Assembly (NCBI GenBank): GCA_965223855.1
Contig: CBDCXM010000009.1
Location: 1,248,001 to 1,312,000, forward strand
Direction of reading: 5' to 3'
Length of the DNA stretch: 64,000 bases
From: Candidatus Multivoradales bacterium
GTDB taxonomy: Bacteria; Acidobacteriota; Thermoanaerobaculia; Multivoradales; JAHEKO01
Numbering within the stretch: the first letter of the stretch is position 1; each line of letters opens with the position of its first letter. A program made the position numbers and the translations under genes. The notes under the pieces were generated by a model. That model saw nothing but the letters and a program-made list of their open reading frames with translations, had not been told where the DNA came from and made no database searches. Below are positions 51,291 to 59,475 of the stretch, piece after piece.

Positions 51291-53193
51291 GCTGACGATC
51301 AAGGAGCTTCGTCGTTCCCCCGAACAGGCGGGGGCAATCGACTCTTTGTCACTTCAGCCAGGTGTCAACGTGTTGGTGGGGCCTCCCAACACGGGCAAGT
51401 CGCAGTGGTTGGAGATGCTCGATCTGTTGCTCGGGCGATCGAAGCCAATCACGGACGTGCTGTCCGAAGACGTTTTGGACGCGTATGACTCTGTTCATGC
51501 TGTCGTCACCGTCGGTGGCCAAGAACTCGAGCTTGAGCGGCGGTTGAATGAGCCGGGGCTAATGAGGAAGGTCATCGTGGATGGGGAGCCCAAGAGCTTC
51601 TCTGAGTTCTCCCATCTCATGTACGACCTGCTGGGCATTCCCCTCGTGCACTACCCGCAAGGGAATCCATACGGTCCTCGAACTTGGCCGGAGCTGAGTT
51701 GGCGAAGCCTCATGAGGCATGCCTACCGTCGGTGGCGATTCTGGTCTGATCTGGCAGATAAGCAACCCGACAGTGAGCAGCACGCTTGTCTGCTGCAGTT
51801 CCTTGGCCTGGCAAGAGAGCTCTTCTCAGCAGAGTACGGGCGGTTGGTGGACAAGGAGAAGGAGCTTCAGGCCACCCGGCTTCAGCGCGAGAGTTTCCTT
51901 AGGATGCTGCAGGAGGTGTCTCAGGACCTCGTCGACGAGGAAGACCTTGGCGTCGCCCTGACCGATGAGTCGCTCGATCGACTGATCGCAGAGATCGAGG
52001 GAGCGATTGAAGAACTCCTCGACGATCAAGATCGGCGACTAAGCGCGTTGCGGGATGCTGCGGCAGAGGCGGTAGGTGAGGAAGATGAGGTCGTGGGCCG
52101 GCTCGTTGAGCAGCTTGCCAATGATCGAGCGAGCGAGGAGAGGCTGGCGGAAGCTCTCGAAGTAGTGAAGGAGAGGCACCAGAGGGCAAGTGAGTATCGT
52201 CAGCTTCTTGTGGAAGAGGTTGAGCGGATGGGGCGTGCTGAAGAGGCGTCGAAGGCTCTCTCTACTATTCAGATCACGCACTGCCCTGCGTGCGATGTCG
52301 AGCTGGAGCCTAGGCGGCTAGGCGGAGAGAGCTGCTTCCTTTGCCACCGTCCGTTGGCCAGCGCCTATGGCGGCGAGCGGGTGGCCCAGAAGAGGCTCGA
52401 GTTTGAGCGCAGTCGCCTGTCGGCGGAGCTGGCTGAGGCCGAGACCCTGCTGGGGTCGATCAGAGGCGAAAGAGAGAGCCTCGAAGCCGAGCTGGGCCGA
52501 GCTAGGGAGAGGGTTCGCAGTGTGCAAGCGCAGCTTGAGCCCGTACGACGCGGGGCCGCCGGTATTCTGCCGGCGGATGTCGGCTTAGCTCATATGGAGA
52601 TGGGACGGATGCACCAGAGACTGGCCCAAGTCAAGCGTGTTCGAGCCAGCCTCAAGAAGCGGGAGAAGCTATCTGAGGAGATCGACCGCCTCGGGAAGCA
52701 GATCGCTGACCTAACGAACGAAGTGAAGAAGCAAAGAGCGGAGTTGGACTACGTCGAGCCGTCGGAGGCGCTTGCCGATGGGATGAACAGCTATCTGAAC
52801 AGAATCCGCAAGACCCGCGAGAATCTCTGGGCGCAGAAGGACGTGAGAATGCTCCTGAACGACCGAGGCTTCGATTTTCACGTCGGGGATAGGAGCTGGC
52901 GCTCGAAGCTTGGAGGGACTTCGACGCTGTTCTTCCTAATTGCGTACCACTACGGTCTCTTGAGCCTGAGCGGCACCCCGGGTAGACACTACCCTGGTTT
53001 CCTGGTCCTAGATTTCCCGGCCGAGCTGGACGACGGGACGAGGGTTCGCGACCAAGAGAACTTCGTGCTAGAGCCCTTTGTTGAGTTGCTCGCAGAGGAC
53101 AGCGAGGCTGCCGGTCAGGTTATTGCTGCGGGGAGCTCGTTCGAGGGGCTCGTAGGGGCCAACCGGGTCGAGTTCACTCGCGTGTGGCGGTGA
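51277..53193 (+). CDS. lmuB: Lamassu LmuB SMC/Rad50-like ABC ATPase
   Basis: GPPNTGKS Walker A, long coiled coils, CPAC/CFLC zinc hook, LGGTS signature, FLVLDFP Walker B. Confidence 0.85.
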   Translation: MAKARLTIKELRRSPEQAGAIDSLSLQPGVNVLVGPPNTGKSQWLEMLDLLLGRSKPITDVLSEDVLDAYDSVHAVVTVGGQELELERRLNEPGLMRKVIVDGEPKSFSEFSHLMYDLLGIPLVHYPQGNPYGPRTWPELSWRSLMRHAYRRWRFWSDLADKQPDSEQHACLLQFLGLARELFSAEYGRLVDKEKELQATRLQRESFLRMLQEVSQDLVDEEDLGVALTDESLDRLIAEIEGAIEELLDDQDRRLSALRDAAAEAVGEEDEVVGRLVEQLANDRASEERLAEALEVVKERHQRASEYRQLLVEEVERMGRAEEASKALSTIQITHCPACDVELEPRRLGGESCFLCHRPLASAYGGERVAQKRLEFERSRLSAELAEAETLLGSIRGERESLEAELGRARERVRSVQAQLEPVRRGAAGILPADVGLAHMEMGRMHQRLAQVKRVRASLKKREKLSEEIDRLGKQIADLTNEVKKQRAELDYVEPSEALADGMNSYLNRIRKTRENLWAQKDVRMLLNDRGFDFHVGDRSWRSKLGGTSTLFFLIAYHYGLLSLSGTPGRHYPGFLVLDFPAELDDGTRVRDQENFVLEPFVELLAEDSEAAGQVIAAGSSFEGLVGANRVEFTRVWR

Positions 53194-53239
53194 TGATGAG
53201 CCAGAGGGCAGGGTTCGTGCTCTGAGGTTGAGCGGGGGT

Positions 53240-54061
53240 ATGCACTTCGACGAGGATCCTGGCGACTACTTTGAGGTGTACGAGGAGCCAGAGCGCCCGC
53301 CGGATCCGCGACAGCGAGAAGCGAAGGAGGAACTGCGAGAGCTCTTCGAGGCAGAGCGGGAGGCAGTCTTCTACGGCCGCCAGCTAGAGGTGGGTCTCGA
53401 GGGTACGTACTTCCACTGGATCACGAATCGAGCACTGCGGGAGCTTGTGGCGGAGGATGCGGTAAAGAGTGAAGAGCGGGAGTTGGCGACGGGCGGGAAG
53501 ATCAAGCTCTACTGGCACCCGAGCAATCGCTACAACCGGAGGGCTGCGAAAAGCGTCACGCAGTTAGTCGAGGAATTCGCGAATCCAGAGGTTGGGCACG
53601 CCTTGGGGATTCAGGGTGAGGCTCTGACGCTCCGTGGGTTCGCCCGGGAGCAGTTCGTGCTGCTGGGAGAGGAGGTGAGTTCCTACGAGGGGCGTGAGTG
53701 GCTAGAGACGGAGCATGACCTCGACTTCGTGTTCGGGCGGGACGATAGCGTGTATGGCGTGGAGGTGAAGAACACTCTCGGCTACATGGATTATGAAGAG
53801 CTCCAGGCCAAGCTGGACATGTGCGATGCGCTTGGGCTAACCCCGGTGTTCGTCGTAAGAATGGTGCCGAAGAGCTGGATCTACGAGGTGCGAACACGAG
53901 GTGGGTTCGTGTTGATACTGAAGTACCAGCTCTATCCGTGGGCGCACAGGGGCCTTGCGAGGAGGGTGCGGGAGACGCTGGGGCTGCCTACGGACTCACC
54001 GCGAGCATTGGAGGACGGCACTATGCAACGATTTGTGAGATGGCATGAGCAGAACGTGTGA
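53240..54061 (+). CDS. putative wHTH + PD-(D/E)xK nuclease
   Basis: N-terminal FHWITNRALRELV helix; QGE..HDLDFVFGRDDSVYGVEVKN (E..D..ExK). Confidence 0.7.
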   Translation: MHFDEDPGDYFEVYEEPERPPDPRQREAKEELRELFEAEREAVFYGRQLEVGLEGTYFHWITNRALRELVAEDAVKSEERELATGGKIKLYWHPSNRYNRRAAKSVTQLVEEFANPEVGHALGIQGEALTLRGFAREQFVLLGEEVSSYEGREWLETEHDLDFVFGRDDSVYGVEVKNTLGYMDYEELQAKLDMCDALGLTPVFVVRMVPKSWIYEVRTRGGFVLILKYQLYPWAHRGLARRVRETLGLPTDSPRALEDGTMQRFVRWHEQNV

Positions 54062-54081
54062 ATTCTGGCGACAATTCACAC
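54056..54081. repeat. perfect 9-bp inverted repeat with 8-bp spacer
   Basis: gtgtgaatt-ctggcgac-aattcacac. Confidence 0.8.
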
Positions 54082-54284
54082 AGGGGCGTAGGTAAGTCGT
54101 TTGTTCTGAAGGTTTAACTCCCGCCCCCATTAATACGTAGTCCCTATGTGTCGGTTGGGGGTGGGTGAGGCCAAAAGAGGCATGAGGCTGTGGAGGCCAG
54201 TCTGGACGACGGGTTCACTCTGAGGTCACTCGATAGATCATCGATTCGTCTAAACCTCTGATTATTAGCGACTTAGTGTCGATA

Positions 54285-54337
54285 TGCTCGATCTTGATCA
54301 TTTCGAGCACGGTGCGGAGCTGGGCCGGGAACGCCAT
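54285..54337 (-). pseudogene. displaced native 5' end of mqnP/ubiA, including the right att site (54285-54322)
   Basis: ATG 54337 gives MAFPAQLRTVLEMIK, which joins in frame to FEHTLFALPFA on excision; TAGGCT -10 box at 54344-54349. Confidence 0.85.
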
Positions 54338-54527
54338 TGATGAAGCCTACCCGACTTGATTCGACTATCCGGGACGGTGATCGCGGCGGCTCCCAATGCC
54401 GGATTGCTAAAATCCTATTATGTGCTTAACTAGCAAGGCTATGGTGGAATCGAGAGTCTGGCGAGCCTCGAAGGGGGAGAGGCGGTTGGGCGAGCGTCTA
54501 CTGAACCGTGCCTAGGGTGCTGCGATC

Positions 54528-56579
54528 TTGAGTCGAAAAGCACGGGTAGTTCACCTGGCTCTCTTGCTTGCCGTGCTTGTTGGTATCAACTGGTACCTCA
54601 CAGGTTCTTTGCAGTTCCCGACGGGTGACAAGGCCATCTGGTTTCACTCGGGCCTGCTGACGCTGGTTCTCGGCCTCTTCTGGATCGAGCCTCACTTTGC
54701 CAAGCCCTCTGACGTTGCAATCAACGGTCTCGTTGTCTTCGTCGCCACCTCGGTGCTGGAGCAGCCGCCCTACCAAGCTTGGTGGGACGTTGCACGGTAC
54801 TCAGCGGCGGTGCTCGCAATCGCGGCCCTTGTTGTTGTTTGGCTTGGGAGTCCCGCGATTCCCGGCAGTCGCCCGTCAAAGCTCAAGCGTGTCGTCTACC
54901 AAGTTTTAATCCGAGTGGGCAATGCTCGCGTCGTCTTCTCAGGGGTTTTTGTCCTAGCCCTCGTGTCGTACTTCGATCACCAAGCAGTCTCAACTCGTTG
55001 GCTTGTAGCCTTCTGGGCCTTCATCTTGGCCGTGAAACACCTCGAGCTGGAGAGTCTTGCAAGGGCGATCGCGGCGATATGGAGGACCGAGTCGCCATCG
55101 ACCCTTGGGAGCCTTGTGCGATTCGCGGAGCCTGACATTGCGCGATTCCGCCTCGACGGATCGGCAACTTGTAGGAGGGGCGCTTTGATCGGTTTCACCC
55201 GCGACGGCAGGCTCGAGGACGACACTCCGATAGGGTTGTCGTTGGTCACCGAGCCACACCAGAGGCGGTGGAGGCGGAAGCGATCCTGGTCGATCAGTCG
55301 TTCTCCGAGGGCCGTAGAGAGGAGCGGACCGTCGTCGTCAGGATCGATCCGGACGACGAGGTAGTGAAGGACCGGGTCGAGCGCAGCTCAGGTCGGTGGC
55401 TCAACGATGACCTAGTTGGTTTCGCGACACAGCGAAGCAACATCGCCCGCCTCCGATTCGAGATCAACAGGGGTGTCACACTAGAGGAGGGGCACCTTGT
55501 CGAGGCGAGGCCTCGCTCGAGCAGGGCGGTTCTCTTTCAGATCGTCGATGGCGTTCTTCATGAAGAGGCTGCCCTTGAAGGCGGAGAGCGCGCGTACGTG
55601 GTGGGTGAGGCTCAGCAACTGGGAGTTTGGGGCGACGACCAGAAGGGCTTCGTCTCGCATCCATGGGTAGTGCCTGAGAACTGCCCTGTGTATAGGCATG
55701 CCGAGTCCTACGGCATCGACGACAGCGCCAGCGATGACAACATCCGAATAGGTCACGTTCCCAGTTCGAGCTTTTCCGCCAATATCAAGGCCTCGAGCCT
55801 TGTTCTCTACCACTCCGCGATCCTAGGCGTTACCGGTAGTGGTAAGTCGTTCCTGGCGTTCTCACTGGTGGAGAGCTGCGCCGTGGAGGGTGTCAAGGTG
55901 TTGTGCCTCGATTTGACGGGGGACTACGCCCGCTATCTTCCGGGCGCCGTGAGGGTGCCGTCCTTGAAATACGTGACACCCTTTCTGGATGCCCCGGATG
56001 CGTCGGTGGGCATTATCGAGTTCTCCGAGGATGGCAAGAAGCACCCCATTACGTCGACGAAGGAGATCATGGCCGCCGCACTTGCTTGGTGCCGGGCGCA
56101 TCGTTCGGAAGAAGAGGTCCGCGAACCGAAAGCAAAGGTGCTCTTGGTGTTGGAGGAGGCCCATTCGCTTGTGCCGGAGTGGAACGCGAACCCAACGAGA
56201 TCGCTTCAGGACACGGTCAACGAGACTGCTCAGATGGTCCTTCAAGCAAGGAAGTATGGTCTCGGCGTCATGGTCGTTACGCAGCGCACGGCTAACGTGA
56301 CAAAGAGCATCTTGAATCAGTGCAACACCATCTTTGCTTTCCAGGCGTACGACGAGACAGGCTTCGAGTTCATGAAAAACTATATGGGCGATCACCACGT
56401 AAGGGCGCTGCCGAACTTGAGGAAGAGACACGGTGTCGTGGTTGGCAAAGCGTCGAGGTCCGACCGCCCCCTGATCGTGCGAATGAAAGAGCAGGCTCGT
56501 AAGCCAGCGACGAAGGAGCTACCTGTCTTCGCGCTCGGGGACGATTCAGGGGTCAGCTGCGGAAGGCGAGGAGACTTGA
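54528..56579 (+). CDS. membrane-anchored HerA/DUF87-type P-loop ATPase (about 6 TM + beta-barrel region + ATPase); two apparent 1-bp indels (55233-55235 and near 56537-56552)
   Basis: ORF 54528..55364 (TMs) joins ORF 55268.. by adding one G (IGVVVGHRATPEAVEAEAIL). HSAILGVTGSGKS, LDLTGDY, LVLEEAH, ARKYGLGVMVVTQR, ILNQCNT. Removing one G gives the end SAAEGEET-TGA(56579), 1 nt before the next ATG. Confidence 0.8.
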
Positions 56580-56580
56580 G

Positions 56581-56907
56581 ATGGTGTGCATTTGTAGCGC
56601 GTGGCCGTGCACATGTCGGGCGGGAACGGACTCAGCGTTGGATCTGGGGCGCGCTATGGGAAGCGCCGCTGGACGGAGCGCGGGCTACTGGGACGCGGTG
56701 CGAGGGAAGAGGGCACGAGGCCCTCGTCGGAGTTTCGGCACGCTTGGCCCTCCGATCGATTCCTTTCAGCTCGGTTACGACCTTGGCTTCGACAGAGCGT
56801 GGCACGGTGGCTACTTCGAAGGTGTGAGCGATGCTCTCCGCGTAGAAGTGGTCGATTGCCGTTTGCCGGGCTGCCGGTGTCTTGGTGCGTGCACCTGCTT
56901 GAAGTGA
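56581..56907 (+). CDS. small Cys-rich protein with GxxxG repeats
   Basis: GAGGAG RBS; N-terminal CICSAWPCTC, C-terminal CRLPGCRCLGACTC; GRAMGSAAGRSAGYWDA and GYDLGFDRAWHGGYFEG. Confidence 0.6.
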   Translation: MVCICSAWPCTCRAGTDSALDLGRAMGSAAGRSAGYWDAVRGKRARGPRRSFGTLGPPIDSFQLGYDLGFDRAWHGGYFEGVSDALRVEVVDCRLPGCRCLGACTCLK

Positions 56908-56940
56908 CTGCGGCGACCCACTGTCGGTTCGGATGCTCCT

Positions 56941-58134
56941 GTGCCTGCTGGTCTGAGGGAAGCTCTTGACGAGCTCATAGCCCTACAGAAGCCTCTTGGC
57001 TTCGACGCGTCGCAATCGGTCGGCCGCTTGCTCGCCAGCGTGGACGAGTTCAATGCCGCACAAGAGAACTCGGACGAGATGTTCTTCTGGGTGCGAGCGA
57101 CCACGCTTGCGCTCGTTGTGGAGGTTGGCGGTGTCAGCGACCTGATGCTTCGGGTTGTGCTGAGAGAAGCGCCGACGGGCTTCTTGACAGCGTCCAAGGA
57201 GAGGCGTCTGCGCGGGCGCCTTTCGCGGGGAGACTCCTTCAAGCTGGCCTACCAGCTTTTTCCGAGGCTGTTCGGACTTGAGCTCGAGTTCGACCCTGGG
57301 GGCGTGGACTTCCAGCGCTTTCTTCAAGTGGTGGCGGCCCGTCATCACTACACCCACCCGGCATCGATCGGCGACGTCTACGACATGGCGCCACTTGCCT
57401 TGCTGTCACCGGCGACGATCTGGGTCCACATGTGTCTTTGGGAGCTTCTGAGCGCGTGCTGTCGCGAGAGTCGGACCGAGCCGCCCCCGCGTCCACTGTT
57501 TCCGTCACAGCCAGATCCTCCACGGGTGGAGCCAACTGTCTTCGACGAAGACTTCCACGAGCAAGTTGCCGCAGTCGGTGCTCGAGCTCTCCGCCTGCAT
57601 GGCGCGATCTTGAAAGTGCAACACGGAGATCTTGGTCGCGCCTTCTTGGCGCTATCCGACAAGGTGGGAAAGGGGCAAGCTACCGACGACGACACGCAGT
57701 TCATGGGGCGTCTTCTCGCTAGGACACTCCATAGTGCAGTCGAAGGTATCAATGCGAGTACCAAGCGACTCTTGGAGTCCGCCGGGGCCCTTGAGGGGGT
57801 GACACTCAGTCGCCGGAGCCGGAAGCTACTGAAGCGCGCGGCCGGGCAAGACCCAATCGAGAAGATCCGCGCCGCGCTGACCGCGACCTCCGCGGAGTTC
57901 GGGTCTGGCTACAATCCGCCGGTTTCCAACGAGCGTTGGCACGCCCTGAAGTCCACCGTCCCGCTCAGGCACCGAGTCACACACCCCGCCACTCCGAAGG
58001 ACCTCGCGCTGTCGAGGTCGGACCTTCAGGATCTACTGCTGGCCTCGCGGTGGCTCCTTTTAGATGCTACTGAGTTCCTGAGGGTCGATGAGGACAAGTG
58101 GGGCTATCGAGGAGCGGACGAGAGCGCCTCTTGA
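56941..58134 (+). CDS. tandem double HEPN-like domain protein (putative RNase)
   Basis: Two homologous helical halves with RHHYTHP (57340-57360) and RHRVTHP (57967-57987), both Rx4H. Confidence 0.7.
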   Translation: MPAGLREALDELIALQKPLGFDASQSVGRLLASVDEFNAAQENSDEMFFWVRATTLALVVEVGGVSDLMLRVVLREAPTGFLTASKERRLRGRLSRGDSFKLAYQLFPRLFGLELEFDPGGVDFQRFLQVVAARHHYTHPASIGDVYDMAPLALLSPATIWVHMCLWELLSACCRESRTEPPPRPLFPSQPDPPRVEPTVFDEDFHEQVAAVGARALRLHGAILKVQHGDLGRAFLALSDKVGKGQATDDDTQFMGRLLARTLHSAVEGINASTKRLLESAGALEGVTLSRRSRKLLKRAAGQDPIEKIRAALTATSAEFGSGYNPPVSNERWHALKSTVPLRHRVTHPATPKDLALSRSDLQDLLLASRWLLLDATEFLRVDEDKWGYRGADESAS

Positions 58135-58250
58135 GACGCCGGTGGGACCCCGGATGCGAACTTCGTTGTCCGGTCTCGAAAGTAGCCGAAGGAGAAGGCG
58201 CACTTCTCGCTCAGAGTGAGCGCGCGAACTTAGGTAGGGGAAGCTGCGGA

Positions 58251-59444
58251 TCAGAAATGCCGCTGCAGGCTGATCTGGAAGTAGTCATCCGACCGCAGGT
58301 CTGCAAACGGATCGGTCGGTTCCAGCCCCGAGAAGACCCGCACCTCCGCTTCGAGCACCCAGTTGGAGCCGAAGCGGCGGCTTGCCTCCACCAGGTAGAA
58401 CGCCGCCGAGTCGTCGTTGTCGAGGATCGCGCCGGCCAGAATCTCTGAACTCTGCACGTCGTTGAAGGCGAGCCGGGTGCCGACGAAGAGGTCGTCTTCA
58501 AACGGGGTGGTGGCGAGCTCGTCGCGGTCGTCCCACAGGTACTCGACGACGGCGCCGAGGTCGGCGCGGGTGCCGCCGATGCCCCAGAAGGTGTACTCGA
58601 AGCCGGTGGTGGCGGCTTCGAACTCCTCGGCCTCGCTCTCGCGGTGGATCGCCTCGAGCTTGAGCAGCCAGTTGCCGAGGGTCGCCTGGAGGTCGAGGCC
58701 GGTCTGGTCGATCTGCTCGTAGAGGGGGCGGAGGCTGTCCTCTCCTCGCAGGACTACGAAGCGCGGTTCGCGGCCGGTGCCGTGGAAGTGGGAGAGGCCG
58801 AGGTCGAAGGGGCCGACGGCGTGCGACCAGCGGACAGCGAAGTCGATGTGACGCTCTTCGTCGGAGGATTCGTAGAGCGGGCGGTCGGTATCGATGGGCA
58901 GCGCTGTTCTCAGCCGCCCCTCGACTCCCGGGAAGGTGCGCTCGCGGAAGCCGGGCAGCACGTAGAACTCGAAGATGCCGATCGGCCTCACGAGCGAGAG
59001 CTTCACCATCGGCTGGCCGAGCTTGTCTTCGCCGTCGGGGTTCTCGACGCCGTCGGTTTGGTTGACGATGTCGACCAGATGCTGGGACTCGGTGACTCCC
59101 CAGAACACCTTGTGGATGCCGGCGACGAGCTCCCATCGCCGCGCGGCCTTCCGCCAGTAGAGCTCGCGCAGGTCTAAGTGGGTGCGCTCGGAGTCGAGCG
59201 AGTCGAGGCGCAGGAACGGCTTGAAGGTGACGCTCTCGCCGTCGCGGGAGAGCTCGCGGTAGTACTCGGGCTCCATCACGAGCGAGCCGCCGACGCCGTC
59301 CTCCTGCTCGGGGAAGAGCGGCGATTCGCCGAAGGTTCGGACTTCAGCGGCGAAGAAGCCGCGCCAATCACCGGCGCGCTCTTCGTCGGCGCTCGCCAGG
59401 GAGCCGTGAAGGGCGATGAGCCCGAGTGCCAGCCAACGTCGCAT
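58251..59444 (-). CDS. putative outer-membrane beta-barrel protein
   Basis: Signal peptide, amphipathic strands, C-terminal Phe (YFQISLQRHF); FWGVTESQHLVDIVNQ; in an operon with MMPL and LolA-like genes. Confidence 0.82.
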   Translation of the reverse strand: MRRWLALGLIALHGSLASADEERAGDWRGFFAAEVRTFGESPLFPEQEDGVGGSLVMEPEYYRELSRDGESVTFKPFLRLDSLDSERTHLDLRELYWRKAARRWELVAGIHKVFWGVTESQHLVDIVNQTDGVENPDGEDKLGQPMVKLSLVRPIGIFEFYVLPGFRERTFPGVEGRLRTALPIDTDRPLYESSDEERHIDFAVRWSHAVGPFDLGLSHFHGTGREPRFVVLRGEDSLRPLYEQIDQTGLDLQATLGNWLLKLEAIHRESEAEEFEAATTGFEYTFWGIGGTRADLGAVVEYLWDDRDELATTPFEDDLFVGTRLAFNDVQSSEILAGAILDNDDSAAFYLVEASRRFGSNWVLEAEVRVFSGLEPTDPFADLRSDDYFQISLQRHF

Positions 59445-59475
59445 CGTTGATTCCTCTACCGGGTCCCTTCTCGGT

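Larger units (their letters stand above)
43804..54322. mobile_element. tyrosine-integrase genomic island (~10.5 kb, defence cargo) inserted in the mqnP/ubiA 5' end
   Basis: Flanking 38-bp direct repeats, integrase next to the left end, arm-type repeats at both ends, excisionase, visibly lower GC. Confidence 0.9.

Noticed and set aside
56905-56940. Selenocysteine recoding at the in-frame UGA
   Set aside because: Only a weak 4-bp hairpin follows, unlike a bacterial SECIS, and the UGA does not sit in a recognisable redox motif.
58135-58250. Third att copy that would make 54400-58200 a tandem island
   Set aside because: No match to the 23-bp core; only a 10-bp inverted match (ctcagagtga, 58210-58219) to the arm repeat, which could be chance.
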